Assembly (NCBI GenBank): GCA_016199085.1
Contig: JACQHJ010000001.1
Coordinates: 3,334-67,333 of the forward strand
Length of the DNA: 64,000 bases
Direction of reading: 5' to 3'
Origin: Candidatus Levyibacteriota bacterium
GTDB lineage: Bacteria > Patescibacteriota > Microgenomatia > Levybacterales > UBA12049
Positions 1-11,202 of this stretch are shown in pieces. Positions within the stretch are counted from its first letter, which is position 1, and each line of letters opens with the position of its first letter. The notes below the pieces were generated by a model that saw only the letters and a list, made by a program, of their open reading frames with translations, searched no databases and had not been told where the DNA came from. The position numbers and the translations under genes are program-made.

Positions 1-763
<763 letters not shown>

Positions 764-806
764 CTAGGTTAGTTTAATAGTAAAAGCAATATGCAAGTGC
801 TACAAT

Positions 807-2579
807 ATGGGCACGATGGATGAGGTTTCCCAAATAAGAGAAAAAATAGATTTAGTCTCCTTTATTTCAGAATATCTTCCCTTAAAGAAAATGGGAAGAA
901 ACTTTACGGTTGTCTGTCCTTTTCATAGTGAAAAAACACCATCTTTTGTCGTCTCTCCAGAGAGACAGATCTGGCATTGCTTTTCATGTTCGAAGGGTGG
1001 GGACGCGTATACCTTTTTAATGGAATACGAAAACATAGAGTTTGGCGAAGCTTTGCGAATCTTAGCCAAAAAAACCGGTATTGAACTTAGGCAATCAGAA
1101 TTTAGGAAAGGCCAGTCTTCTTTAAAAGAAAAACTTTTTGAAATTAATAAGCTTTCCTTAAAGTTTTATAAATATATCTTACTTGAACATAGCGCCGGAA
1201 AACCTGCAAGAGATTATCTTTTGGAAAAAAGAAAGCTAAATAAAGGCATTATTGATACTTTTGATTTAGGTTTTTCTCCAAACACTCAAAGCTCATTATC
1301 TGACTATTTGGTAAAGAAAAAAGGTTTTAAGCCTCAAGATCTTTTGGACGCCGGAATTTCAATTCAAAGAAACGGGAAACTGATGGATTTTTTCAGAAAC
1401 AGGATCATTTTTCCCCTTTTTGACCACAGGGGAAACGTTTCCGGTTTTTCAGGAAGAAGTCTAAATGAAACTGACATGCCAAAGTATATTAATACCAAAG
1501 AGACCCCTGTTTACCACAAGGGAAGTTTATTCTTCGGACTTAATTTGGCCAAAGAAGAGATAAAACAAAAAGCTGATGTCATTATAGTTGAAGGTGAATT
1601 TGACACAATTTCTCTATTTATGGAGGGAATTAAAAATGTAATTGCTATTAAAGGAACCGCTCTTACCGAAGAGCAGGTTACTCTAATCTCAAGATTTAGT
1701 CCAAAAGCTACACTTTGCTTGGACCAAGACGAAGCCGGATTTGAGGCAACCAAGCGAAGTTTACTTAACTTAGAGAAAAAAGGGTTAACAACCAATACGA
1801 TTGTTTTGGAAAATGCCAAAGATCCGGATGAAGCAATTAAAAAAGACCCAATTGCATTTAAAAAAGCGTTAAAAGAAGCAGTCAATATTTATGACTTTTT
1901 AATTTCAGCATATCTTTCTCAAAATCCAAAAGACACAATTGAAGGAAAGAAAAAAATCACCCAAAACCTTCTTCCTTTATTCTCACAGATCTCAAACGAA
2001 ATCATTAAAGAACACTACATTAAAAAATTAAGCACAAATTTGGATACTTCAATTGAAAGTATTAATAGGGAAATTGAAAAAATACAAAAACTTACCCAGG
2101 AAAAGATTGTCCCGCAATCTACAGACAAAAGACCGAGAAGGGAAATCTTAGAAGAATATTTACTTTCCTTAATTATTCAAAGCCCAAAACAAAAAGAAAC
2201 CTTGGAAGAAAACAAGAAGCTATTAAAAGACTATAAATTTGAGGTTCCTGCTTTTTTAAAAATCCTTGACAGCCTAAGTGTTTATTTTGCCAAAAACCAA
2301 AATTTTGACAATAGGCTTTTTTCAAATTACCTAGATAGCTCTCTGCAAAAATCATTTGATGTCTGCTTTTTGTATCCTCTTCCAAAACTAGATACATTTG
2401 AAAAATGGAGCCTGGAGGCAAAAAAAGTCAGCTTTGAGCTCTTAAATCTCTATGCCAAAGAAAGATTAAAAGAAATTACAGATGAGATTAAAAAAACTGA
2501 AGATAAAGAAAGCGCCAAAGCCCTAAAGCTAAAAGAAGAGTTTTCTGCCGTTTTAAGACTCCTTAGTCAAAAAGCCTGA
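807..2579 (+). CDS. dnaG: DNA primase
   Basis: N-terminal CHC2 zinc finger (CPFHSEKTPSF...HCFSCSKGGD) and a Toprim region (IIVEGEFDTISL...LCLDQDEAG). It sits directly upstream of rpoD, the conserved dnaG-rpoD arrangement. The true start may be the ATG at 816, which is leaderless after TGCTACAAT. Confidence 0.93.
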   Translation: MGTMDEVSQIREKIDLVSFISEYLPLKKMGRNFTVVCPFHSEKTPSFVVSPERQIWHCFSCSKGGDAYTFLMEYENIEFGEALRILAKKTGIELRQSEFRKGQSSLKEKLFEINKLSLKFYKYILLEHSAGKPARDYLLEKRKLNKGIIDTFDLGFSPNTQSSLSDYLVKKKGFKPQDLLDAGISIQRNGKLMDFFRNRIIFPLFDHRGNVSGFSGRSLNETDMPKYINTKETPVYHKGSLFFGLNLAKEEIKQKADVIIVEGEFDTISLFMEGIKNVIAIKGTALTEEQVTLISRFSPKATLCLDQDEAGFEATKRSLLNLEKKGLTTNTIVLENAKDPDEAIKKDPIAFKKALKEAVNIYDFLISAYLSQNPKDTIEGKKKITQNLLPLFSQISNEIIKEHYIKKLSTNLDTSIESINREIEKIQKLTQEKIVPQSTDKRPRREILEEYLLSLIIQSPKQKETLEENKKLLKDYKFEVPAFLKILDSLSVYFAKNQNFDNRLFSNYLDSSLQKSFDVCFLYPLPKLDTFEKWSLEAKKVSFELLNLYAKERLKEITDEIKKTEDKESAKALKLKEEFSAVLRLLSQKA

Positions 2580-2624
2580 AGTATTTAAAAAGTAACGAAT
2601 TTCTGCTAAAATAGATATACTTTT

Positions 2625-3701
2625 ATGAAGCAGCCCAATTTACTTTCCGAGATTGTTTCGAGTGCAAAAAAAAGAGGCTACATTACCCAAGAGGAAATTC
2701 TCGCACTTTTCCCAAAACCAGAAGAGCACCTAGAAGAGCTAGATAAGCTTTATGACAAGTTAATGTCCCAAGATATTGACGTTTTTGAATCAGTTGCCGC
2801 CCAAAACGAAGAAGAAAAGCCGATTGAAGACTTGGAAAAAGAACTAGAAGCATTAACCGTCCTTACTGAGGGAACGGTTTCAGATCCGGTGAGGATGTAT
2901 TTAAAAGAAATCGGCAGAATTCCGCTTTTAACTTTTGATCAGGAAATTAACCTTGCCAAAAAGGTAGAAAAAGGTGATAAAAAATCAAAGCAAGTTTTAA
3001 TCAATTCAAATTTAAGGCTAGTTGTCTCAATTGCCAAAAAATATGTAGGACGTGGACTTACCTTACTTGATCTTATTCAGGAAGGAAACCAAGGGCTTAT
3101 TAGAGCAGTTGAGAAATATGACTGGAGAAGAGGTTTTAAATTTTCAACCTATGCAACGTGGTGGATAAGACAATCTATAACAAGAGCGATAGCCGACCAG
3201 GCAAGAACAATCAGGATCCCTGTTCATATGGTTGAAAACATCAATAGGTTTTTAAGGGCTTCAAGAAAACTGATGCAAGAACTTGGCCGTGAGCCAACTC
3301 CCGAGGAAGTTGCAAAAGCTTTGGGAATTGAGCCAGATAAAGCTTTGGAGATTATTAAAATATCCCAAGAGCCCGCAAGTCTTGAATCTCCAGTAGGAGA
3401 TGAAGAAGACAGTAGACTAGGTGATTTTATCCACGATAGTTCTGCTCCGACTCTTTTTGATACGGCAAGTAGAGAACTTCTAAAAGAGCAAATTGAACAG
3501 GTTTTATCAACGCTTTCTGATAGAGAAAAAAGAGTTTTGGAAGAAAGATTTGGATTAAAAGATGGGAGACCAAAGACTTTGGAAGAAGTTGGTAAAATGT
3601 TTGCCGTAACAAGAGAAAGAATTAGACAAATTGAGGCCAAAGCGCTTAGAAAATTAAGACATCCATCAAGGGGAAATAAGCTCAAGGATTATCTAGGCTA
3701 A
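2625..3701 (+). CDS. rpoD: RNA polymerase sigma-70 (primary sigma factor)
   Basis: Region 1.2 ([16 protein letters not shown]), region 2 ([53 protein letters not shown]), and regions 3 and 4 ([29 protein letters not shown]). Confidence 0.95.
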   Translation: MKQPNLLSEIVSSAKKRGYITQEEILALFPKPEEHLEELDKLYDKLMSQDIDVFESVAAQNEEEKPIEDLEKELEALTVLTEGTVSDPVRMYLKEIGRIPLLTFDQEINLAKKVEKGDKKSKQVLINSNLRLVVSIAKKYVGRGLTLLDLIQEGNQGLIRAVEKYDWRRGFKFSTYATWWIRQSITRAIADQARTIRIPVHMVENINRFLRASRKLMQELGREPTPEEVAKALGIEPDKALEIIKISQEPASLESPVGDEEDSRLGDFIHDSSAPTLFDTASRELLKEQIEQVLSTLSDREKRVLEERFGLKDGRPKTLEEVGKMFAVTRERIRQIEAKALRKLRHPSRGNKLKDYLG

Positions 3702-5128
3702 GCAGTAACTACTCTGATTGTTGAAGTGCCACTTTTTGAAGTCCAATGATCTCCGTGTAGAGCAATAAAATTATCTCCTTTTTTGCAAAGGTTGGCGTCT
3801 TTAATTTTTGTTAAAGCTTTTTCAATATCTGACTTGGTTATTTCGCTTTTTTTGTCCAAAGAATCCTGATAAATAGGCATTACACCATAACTTAAGGAAA
3901 GCTTTCTGACAAGATCATCCTTAGGACAAAAGGCAAAAATAGGCACATGAGGTCTGTATCGGGATAGCATTCTGGCTGTTTTGCCGCTTTCGGTAAAGAT
4001 TAAAAACCCTTTTACAGTCTCTTTTTTTATCTTTAATACCTTGTAAAGGTTAAACGCACTATCGCAGACCATCTGGGATGTATCGGAAAGCTCGTAGGAA
4101 AAGACATTCCTAATATCCGGTACTCTATTCTTATTTTCACTATAAGAAACAACTTTTGTCATTATTGAAACGGCTTGGATAGGGTATTTCCCGCTTGCGG
4201 TTTCCCCAGATAGCATTACGCTATCTGTAAAATCATAGACTGCGTTGGCAACGTCAGATACTTCAGCACGCGTTGGGATAGGTCTTTGGGTCATAGACTC
4301 AAGCATCTGCGTTGCTGTTATTACCGGTATTCCTTTTTGAATACAGTCTCTGATTATTTGTTTTTGGTAGAAGGGAACTTCTTCTAAAGATAGTTCTACT
4401 CCAAGGTCTCCTCTTGCAATCATAATGACGTCAGATTGAGCGACAATGTTTTCTATATCTAAAATAGCCTTGGGAGTCTCAATTTTAGCTACAATACTTG
4501 CTTTAAGATTTAGTTTTTTCATCTCTTTTTTTAGATAGGCAATGTCTTTGGTGCTTCTGACAAAAGAGAGTGCGACAAAGTCAATTTCTTTTTCTTTGGC
4601 AAGTTTAAGACCAATTCTATCTCCGTCGTGAAGTACTGGAAAATCAAAGTCCAGATTGGCAATATTGATAGTCTTTTTATTTAGAAGAATACCTGAAGAC
4701 AATGATTGAAGATATGTTTTTCCGTTCTCAATTCTAACTATAAATTGAAACAGTCCATCATCTGCAGAAACTTTTTGGCCCTGCCTTAAAGAGCTTATGA
4801 TATCGGGCGGATTAAAAGATATTCCTTTTTCACTTATTCCTAAAGCTTTTGAGACGAGTACTTTTTCTCCGATCTCAATCACAATTTTGTCAAACGGCAA
4901 AGAAAGTCTTACTTCAGGTCCTTGAAGATCTAAGAGTGTGGCTATAGAGGAATTTAGTTTTTTGGCTATCCTTTTTACCCTGTCAATTCTTTCACTATGC
5001 CATTCTAGGTCACTATGTTTAAAATTAAACCTAAAAACATTTACACCAAGACCAATTAGTTCTTCTATTTTTTCCTCAGAGTCTGTTGAAGGGCCGATTG
5101 TGGCAATAATCTTAGTTTGTTTTTGCAT
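3698..5128 (-). CDS. pyk: pyruvate kinase
   Basis: N-terminus [11 protein letters not shown]..., then [20 protein letters not shown] and SGETA motifs. Length is 476 aa. Confidence 0.93.
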   Translation of the reverse strand: MQKQTKIIATIGPSTDSEEKIEELIGLGVNVFRFNFKHSDLEWHSERIDRVKRIAKKLNSSIATLLDLQGPEVRLSLPFDKIVIEIGEKVLVSKALGISEKGISFNPPDIISSLRQGQKVSADDGLFQFIVRIENGKTYLQSLSSGILLNKKTINIANLDFDFPVLHDGDRIGLKLAKEKEIDFVALSFVRSTKDIAYLKKEMKKLNLKASIVAKIETPKAILDIENIVAQSDVIMIARGDLGVELSLEEVPFYQKQIIRDCIQKGIPVITATQMLESMTQRPIPTRAEVSDVANAVYDFTDSVMLSGETASGKYPIQAVSIMTKVVSYSENKNRVPDIRNVFSYELSDTSQMVCDSAFNLYKVLKIKKETVKGFLIFTESGKTARMLSRYRPHVPIFAFCPKDDLVRKLSLSYGVMPIYQDSLDKKSEITKSDIEKALTKIKDANLCKKGDNFIALHGDHWTSKSGTSTIRVVTA

Positions 5129-5171
5129 GATAAGTAATTTTACGGTATCTAAGATGGGGTGTAAAGGATTA

Positions 5172-5468
5172 TTAGCTAAAAGGGACGCCTCTTAAATCAT
5201 TTTCTGCAGCATATGTTCTTGCTCTATCCCTTCTTTGTAAAAAGATTACATATTCTTCCTTTGTTTGCACCCAAATCTCCCATTGCTTAGCAGATACGCT
5301 TCCATATACTGGCTCGGACGGTGGAGGTGGAATTTCTAGGGGCTCTGTTGGCCTAACTTCAATATGAACCGGTGGCGAAAATGCTTCTCTTTCTTTTCCT
5401 ACGCTGGGAGCAGCTATTACTGGTCTAGCAATAGTTCGTCTGGACCGAACTGGAACTGATAAAACCAT
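5172..5468 (-). CDS. hypothetical Pro-rich small protein
   Basis: 98-aa ORF co-directional between pyk and the GT39 gene. It is locally GC-richer and has no recognisable motif. Confidence 0.3.
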   Translation of the reverse strand: MVLSVPVRSRRTIARPVIAAPSVGKEREAFSPPVHIEVRPTEPLEIPPPPSEPVYGSVSAKQWEIWVQTKEEYVIFLQRRDRARTYAAENDLRGVPFS

Positions 5469-5566
5469 GGATATATTAATACTGTTATACTAGCTGTGAA
5501 AAGTCAATGGAGCATATATAGTGTTTTCACGTTGCTTTTAACGCTATTGCTTGCTAGAGATATTTT

Positions 5567-7210
5567 TTAATTACCTGATTCGATAACATCGCAGAAAAAT
5601 CTGGGGTTTTTGGCAATATCTTTTAAAACTCCTTCCGTTTCTCTTGCCGTTAAGCCTTGTGAGTCTACAAATTTTTCACCCTCTTTTTTTCTTTGTCTTT
5701 TTTGGACAATCGTGCCTCCGATTTTTTGGGTTTCTATTACATTTGAGATCTCATCTTCAAGGAAAACTGTTGCCCTAACAGCGTATTCTGGGGCATCAGA
5801 TTGAATTATTAAAAATCTTGTATCATATTTTTTATCCGCCTGGGCAAGTAAGCCTTCGTTTAATGTTTGTTTCTGTCCGCTCCAGAAAGGCAGATATCCG
5901 AAAGATTGCTTTCCGTGTGAATAATAAATATAGCCCCAAAGAGTATTAACATACAGTGGAGCAGTTACTGCACAGACTGAAAATTTATCTCCTTTCGCTT
6001 GTCTATATGTATAGTCAATAACCGCTTTTTCATCTTTTAGTAAAAATTGATCTCCTCCAAGCATTGACGTTGCCTTAAAGTTGTCTTTTGCCATTAAGTT
6101 GAGGTTTCCCAAAATTATGGCCAACAATAGAAGAAGTCCAAGGAATCTATAAGTTTTGTTATTTAAAATGTGATTAATGCCCAGTGCAAATAAAAGAGTA
6201 ACGGCACCAAAAATCGTCGTTTGGCCTACATGGACATTTAAAACTCCGCTTGAAAAGGCAAATAAAGGAAAAGTTGAGAAAACCCAGGCTAAAAGAAAAA
6301 TAAGCTCTGGTCTTTTCTTTTCCATTTTTACAGCCACTAAAACTAAAATAATAAAAATTGATAAAGCTAGAAAGTTATTAAACGAGAAAAAGGAGAAATA
6401 TAAAAGCTCGGAGAGTTTTTGGAAATAGTTGAAAAAGTTTTGAGAGATAATGACAAGATCCTGTCCGCTTGTGTAATAAAGCAGCGCTTTAAACCCCTGG
6501 AAATTCCATTTAAGCTCTGAGATTAAAAACGTGCTTAAAAGTAGAATTAAGAGCAAAGAATTTAGTACAAAGGTCTTAAGACTAATTTTTAGTTTGTAAT
6601 AGAGAAAAAAGATCGGATAAAAAAAGATAAGATAACCCAGATAGATATTTGATCCGGCAGATATGGCAAGGCCGACGACACTTATGGTAAGTCCAATATT
6701 TTTCTTTCTAAAAATAAATAGGGAAAGTCCTGTAAAAAAGATGATTGAGCCAATAACCATAAGTGAGGCATTAGATATAAGCTTGGAGAAGGCAAAAAAT
6801 TCATAAGAGAAGACCCACATGAGACAAGCAAGAATGCCAACCGATTTTTTCTCAAAGAGTAGTACCGAAACATAGTAGAGAACAAAGACCATTGAGAGAT
6901 CTAGGAGAATAAAGAAAAGCGCTGCAAAATTTACATTGAAGTTAAAAATTAAATAGACAGGGGCAAGAAGATAATACAAAAGGGGGCTATTAAATACTCC
7001 TGGTATATCTGTTTCTGGCCCTACAAGCTTTAGATCTCCTTTGGTAATAATCTCAACAATTCTTTGGGCGTCTCTTGCCTGATCATAGGCAAAAATAACA
7101 TTATCCCAAAGATTAAATACTCTTATAGAAAAACCGATTAAAAAAATAACTACGAGGGAGGATATTATAAGCCAGTTTTTCTTTAGAAACTGGGAAATTA
7201 ATAAATTCAT
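5567..7210 (-). CDS. polytopic membrane glycosyltransferase, GT-C fold (GT39/ArnT/PMT-like)
   Basis: More than 10 predicted TM helices. The N-terminal loop FAYDQARDAQR resembles the DE/DxD loop of ArnT/PMT enzymes. A soluble C-terminal domain follows. Confidence 0.7.
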   Translation of the reverse strand: MNLLISQFLKKNWLIISSLVVIFLIGFSIRVFNLWDNVIFAYDQARDAQRIVEIITKGDLKLVGPETDIPGVFNSPLLYYLLAPVYLIFNFNVNFAALFFILLDLSMVFVLYYVSVLLFEKKSVGILACLMWVFSYEFFAFSKLISNASLMVIGSIIFFTGLSLFIFRKKNIGLTISVVGLAISAGSNIYLGYLIFFYPIFFLYYKLKISLKTFVLNSLLLILLLSTFLISELKWNFQGFKALLYYTSGQDLVIISQNFFNYFQKLSELLYFSFFSFNNFLALSIFIILVLVAVKMEKKRPELIFLLAWVFSTFPLFAFSSGVLNVHVGQTTIFGAVTLLFALGINHILNNKTYRFLGLLLLLAIILGNLNLMAKDNFKATSMLGGDQFLLKDEKAVIDYTYRQAKGDKFSVCAVTAPLYVNTLWGYIYYSHGKQSFGYLPFWSGQKQTLNEGLLAQADKKYDTRFLIIQSDAPEYAVRATVFLEDEISNVIETQKIGGTIVQKRQRKKEGEKFVDSQGLTARETEGVLKDIAKNPRFFCDVIESGN

Positions 7211-7367
7211 GTTTTAGAACGCGAAATCTATATTATTAGTAACACAACGGATGAGCATTTGTAAACAGGCTTAAGATAACCTTGTTACGTTTACTTTATT
7301 CACCCGTTTTTTATATACGGCTATATTCTCTTTATATCTAAAAGAACTTATTTAGAAAATCTTAAAT

Positions 7368-7385
7368 TTTTAAGGAGGTGATATA
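7368..7385 (+). promoter_or_regulatory. strong Shine-Dalgarno (TAAGGAGGTG) 7 nt upstream of the small ORF
   Basis: taaggaggtgatataATG read directly from the sequence. Confidence 0.7.
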
Positions 7386-7523
7386 ATGAAAATACTAGCT
7401 CTCGCAGTTTTAGCTTTGGCATTTTCCTTTTTCGTAGGCAGTACTTTTGCCCAGACGGCAACTCCTACGCCAACAGTTACAGTGCCAACGCAAGCTCCAT
7501 CAACAGGCTTTGGAGGGGCTTAA
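7386..7523 (+). CDS. 45-aa secreted Thr/Pro-rich peptide (signal peptide plus TPTPTVTVPTQAPSTGFGGA)
   Basis: Perfect SD. N-terminal signal peptide MKILALAVLALAFSFFVGSTFA with an AQ cleavage context. The gene ends 5 nt before the sortase gene. It falls below the ORF-track size cutoff. Confidence 0.55.
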   Translation: MKILALAVLALAFSFFVGSTFAQTATPTPTVTVPTQAPSTGFGGA

Positions 7524-7528
7524 AATAA

Positions 7529-8140
7529 TTGAAAAAACTACTCTTTCCCATAGTATTTCTTATAGTGATAGTAATCCTAGGACTTACCTTAGGAAAAGAG
7601 TATGTGGGAAAGCAAACGACATTATCAAAGGATAACCTTATTAATTCTCCAATTACTTCTAATGTTACCTCTAAGGAAGTTGAAGAAAATTTCAGCATTC
7701 CCCAAACTCTTATCATTAAATCCCTAAGTGTTAACGCAGTAGTTGAACAGGTAGGAATGGATAGTGAGGGTAAAATGGATATTCCCAGTCAAGTTCAAAA
7801 CGTCGCCTGGTATAACTTAGGATATAAGCCTGGCGCAAAAGGCCCAGCTGTATTTGCAGGGCATTTAGATACAAAAACAGGAGATCCTGCAGTTTTTTAT
7901 AACATTGCAAATTTAAATAGCGGAGATACGATCAGCGTTATTGATGAAAACGGAAAGAAACTTACCTTTGAGGTTGAAAGGGTAGCTTCTTATGAATATA
8001 ATAAGTTTCCTCTACAAGAAGTCTTTGCAGATGCAAGCGCAAAAAGACTTAATTTAATAACCTGCGGAGGAGATTGGGATAAGCTTTCAAAAAACTATTC
8101 CAATAGAACTGTTGTGTATTCCGTATTGAAAGAGCAATAA
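7529..8140 (+). CDS. sortase family transpeptidase
   Basis: N-terminal TM anchor, conserved His (VFAGHLD), a TLxTC active-site motif (RLNLITCGG) and a conserved Arg (NRTVVYS). The start codon is TTG. Confidence 0.85.
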   Translation: MKKLLFPIVFLIVIVILGLTLGKEYVGKQTTLSKDNLINSPITSNVTSKEVEENFSIPQTLIIKSLSVNAVVEQVGMDSEGKMDIPSQVQNVAWYNLGYKPGAKGPAVFAGHLDTKTGDPAVFYNIANLNSGDTISVIDENGKKLTFEVERVASYEYNKFPLQEVFADASAKRLNLITCGGDWDKLSKNYSNRTVVYSVLKEQ

Positions 8141-8181
8141 GCCTGGATTTACCCCTCAATTTTTGTTAAAATATCTTACAT

Positions 8182-8253
8182 TCCGTGATAGCTCAATGGT
8201 AGAGCAGGTCGCTGTTAACGACAAGGTTCTAGGTTCGAGTCCTAGTCACGGAG
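8182..8253 (+). tRNA. tRNA-Asn (anticodon GTT)
   Basis: Cloverleaf folded by hand. Acceptor TCCGTGA/TCACGGA, D-arm GCTC...GAGC, anticodon stem GGTCG/CGACA with loop CTGTTAA (anticodon GTT), T-arm CTAGG-TTCGAGT-CCTAG, discriminator G. CCA is not encoded. The overall layout matches bacterial tRNA-Asn. Confidence 0.85.
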
Positions 8254-8311
8254 CTGCATATTTTAGCCTCAAGATTGACATTTATCATATTAGTCTTATA
8301 AGATAATATCA

Positions 8312-10009
8312 ATGCTTAGGGTTTTGAAAGCAAATTTATTGAAAAACAGGCTTTATACAGCTTTTTTCCTTCTGGTACTTTTTTTCTTTTCATTTCTCTT
8401 TGTTGGTACTAAGCCAGCGCTTTCGCAAAATGAAAACAATGAGGACACAAAAGTGGTTCAAATTAAACGTGATGGCAGGGAATTTACAACCAGAATCCTC
8501 AAAGAAGTTGCCGACCCGCTTTATCAAAGACCACAAAGAGAAGGAAGCCTTATAGTTAAATTCCGCCCAAACGTTTCCGAATCCGAACAAGACCAAATTA
8601 ATAAAACAATTGGTGTTTTAAAAACAGAGAAACTTTATCTTTCAAAAACAAAAAGAATTAAAGTCTCCCAAAGTAACGTTGAGAAAGCGCTTAATGCATA
8701 TAAAAGTAATGTTAACGTAGAATATGTAACGGTTGATCGTATAGCAAAAGCTCTCCTTACTCCCAATGATCCTTCCTTTTCCCAGCAATGGGGACTGACA
8801 AAAGTCGGTGCCGTGGGGACTTGGGATATTGCAACAAGCTCCTCACAAACCAGAATTGCAATTTTGGACTGTGGCATCTATGACAGCGCTTCAACATATA
8901 GGGGTCCTGATGGTAATTTTGGTCATCCTGATATTAGAGACAAAGTTATCTCTCGCGTCAATTTCACAACAGCACAAGACGCTGACGATTTTTGCAATCA
9001 CGGAACGCACGTTGCGGGAATAGCAGCAGCCTCAACCAATAATGGTATTGGTGTTGCAGGTTTAGGCTACAATGCAAGTATTGTTAATGTTAAAGTTTTG
9101 GGTGACAACGGCTCTGGTTCTTTCAGCTGGATTATTAACGGAATTTTATGGGCTTCAGGCTGCGACACTGATCCTTGCGGACCAAGACGGGCAGACATCA
9201 TTAATATGAGCCTTGGTGCAACAGGAACTTGCGATTTACTCCTTCAAGAAGCAATTGATAAAGCGTGGCAGCAGGGAATGGTTATTGTTGCTGCAGCTGG
9301 CAATAGCGGCGCAAATGGAGCAATAACGCCTGCAAACTGCAACAATGTCATTGGTGTAGCAGCTTCAGATCAAAACGACAACAAAGCCAGCTTTTCTAAT
9401 TTCGGACAAAACGTTGATGTGGCAGCTCCCGGGGTAAGCATTTTGTCCACAAACTATGTTGGAGGCTACTCTTCATTTAATGGCACTTCCATGGCTTCTC
9501 CTTTTGTTGCAGGACTTACTGCTTTAATTTGGAATACTTCATATAACACAACTAATAACGGTGTTGTTAACCGCATTTTCCAAACAGCCAATGCAAATAA
9601 ACTAGCCGGTTCAGTGTATGGAAGAATAGACGCTTATAGCGCAGTTATAGCAAACGGGGCAACACCAACACCTACGCTTACACCAACCCCAACTTTAACG
9701 CCAACGCCTACTCCTTCCCCAACGCCAACTCCTACGCCTTTAAGCTGTAGTGCGCCAACTATTTTAAGTCATTCAGATACAAATGTAACAAGAGGAGGAA
9801 CTGTAAGCTTTTCCTGGAATACTGTTTTAGGTGCAACAAGGTATAGGGTTCAAAGGCAAAATACTAACGGTTCATGGTCAACCCGTACAACAACCTCGGC
9901 AAAAAGCTTTAACGGAACAGACTCCTCAAATGATCCCAACTGGCGGGTATTTGTTTATTCAGGAAGTTGCACTCCGCTTCCTGGTCCCGCAACTGTTTTT
10001 GACCCGTAA
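8312..10009 (+). CDS. secreted subtilisin-like serine peptidase (S8) with TP-repeat linker and C-terminal Fn3-like domain
   Basis: Catalytic triad context DCGIYD, HGTHVAGI and GTSMASPFVAG. N-terminal signal/TM. A TPTPTLTPTPTLTPTPTPSPTPTPTP linker at about 9655-9745 nt. Confidence 0.9.
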   Translation: MLRVLKANLLKNRLYTAFFLLVLFFFSFLFVGTKPALSQNENNEDTKVVQIKRDGREFTTRILKEVADPLYQRPQREGSLIVKFRPNVSESEQDQINKTIGVLKTEKLYLSKTKRIKVSQSNVEKALNAYKSNVNVEYVTVDRIAKALLTPNDPSFSQQWGLTKVGAVGTWDIATSSSQTRIAILDCGIYDSASTYRGPDGNFGHPDIRDKVISRVNFTTAQDADDFCNHGTHVAGIAAASTNNGIGVAGLGYNASIVNVKVLGDNGSGSFSWIINGILWASGCDTDPCGPRRADIINMSLGATGTCDLLLQEAIDKAWQQGMVIVAAAGNSGANGAITPANCNNVIGVAASDQNDNKASFSNFGQNVDVAAPGVSILSTNYVGGYSSFNGTSMASPFVAGLTALIWNTSYNTTNNGVVNRIFQTANANKLAGSVYGRIDAYSAVIANGATPTPTLTPTPTLTPTPTPSPTPTPTPLSCSAPTILSHSDTNVTRGGTVSFSWNTVLGATRYRVQRQNTNGSWSTRTTTSAKSFNGTDSSNDPNWRVFVYSGSCTPLPGPATVFDP

Positions 10010-10040
10010 GACGCTAAGTGTAGTAGAATAAAAAGGATTT

Positions 10041-11093
10041 ATGAAAAAAGCTTTGGTATTTTTGTGCGTTATTTTACTTATTATTATCACAGTAGAGTCA
10101 TTATATATTTTTCAAAACAAATGGTTTAGGCAAAATATTGTTGAGAGCATTGTTAAACCAAAACCTATTCCAAAACCTTTAACTGCCTACACGTTTGAAA
10201 ACTTAAAAAAAACAAAGTTTCCCAAAAACCAAATAACACTAGGTCCTGTTATAAGCGAAACAAAGGATTTTTTTTCGCAAATGTTTTATTTTTCAGTACC
10301 CAAAACTCCGACAGGAAAGCAAATGGAAAAAGTGTCAGGGCTTGCCAATATTCCTAAAAAGAATGGGGAATATCCGGTGATTGTAATGCTTAGGGGGTTT
10401 ATTCCAGAGGAAAGTTATAAACCCGGGTCTGGAACCCAGCCTTCTGCAAGTCAGCTCGTAAAGAGCGGTTTTATAACACTTGCTCCGGATTTTTTAGGAT
10501 TTGGAGAGAGTGCAAGTAGTTCAGCAGATGCGTTTGAGGGAAGATTTCAGACATATACAACAGCTCTTACCCTGCTTTCATCTCTTCCCACTTTAAACAG
10601 CGGTTTAGAAAAGATTTACGCTGGAACCATCTCTGCAGATTTGGAAAAGATAGGGCTTTGGGGGCATAGTAACGGAGGTCATATTGCGCTATCAACTCTT
10701 GCCATAAGTGAGGTTTCGTATCCAACAGTTCTTTGGTCTCCTGTTTCCAAGTCTTTTCCTTATTCAATTTTGTATTACACCGATGAATATGATGACCAGG
10801 GAAAAGTTATGCGAAAATCTTTATCTGATTTTGAAAAGCTTTATGACGCAGAATTATTTTCCCCAGAAAAATATTACAAATGGATTAAAGCTCCTATAGA
10901 AATTAACCAGGGAACAGCGGATCAAGAAGTTTTGTACTGGTGGTCTGACGAATTAGTAGAAACCTTGAAAGAAAACAATATTCCTGTTACTTATTTTACC
11001 TATCCAGGGGCAAATCATAATCTGGTTCCATCAGGCTGGTCGAGTGCAGTTTTAAACACAATTGATTTTTATAAAAAGGAATTTAATAAGTAG
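10041..11093 (+). CDS. secreted alpha/beta-hydrolase (esterase/peptidase-like)
   Basis: Nucleophile elbow GHSNGG (LWGHSNGGHIAL), N-terminal signal anchor, and a downstream GTADQ/ANH pattern that fits a Ser-Asp-His triad. Confidence 0.75.
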   Translation: MKKALVFLCVILLIIITVESLYIFQNKWFRQNIVESIVKPKPIPKPLTAYTFENLKKTKFPKNQITLGPVISETKDFFSQMFYFSVPKTPTGKQMEKVSGLANIPKKNGEYPVIVMLRGFIPEESYKPGSGTQPSASQLVKSGFITLAPDFLGFGESASSSADAFEGRFQTYTTALTLLSSLPTLNSGLEKIYAGTISADLEKIGLWGHSNGGHIALSTLAISEVSYPTVLWSPVSKSFPYSILYYTDEYDDQGKVMRKSLSDFEKLYDAELFSPEKYYKWIKAPIEINQGTADQEVLYWWSDELVETLKENNIPVTYFTYPGANHNLVPSGWSSAVLNTIDFYKKEFNK

Positions 11094-11202
11094 CAAAACT
11101 TATTCTATGGATTATAAAGTAGTTATTATTGAAGAAAGCTAAGAAAAAGGGTTTGGTAAAGGAAATAGGTTCTAACACCCTTCATCCCACGGAGCAAAGT
11201 TT

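Noticed and set aside
1511-3685. Several minus-strand ORFs (1511-1885, 2173-2421, 3224-3685, 3427-3612)
   Set aside because: All lie inside dnaG or rpoD on the opposite strand and have no motifs.
9655-9745. DNA tandem repeat (acgccaac/tcctac units) that could be mistaken for a VNTR or CRISPR-like repeat
   Set aside because: It encodes the in-frame TPTPT linker of the subtilase. Similar TP-coding repeats occur in the two LPPTG proteins. No spacer-repeat architecture is present, and no CRISPR array was found anywhere in the window.
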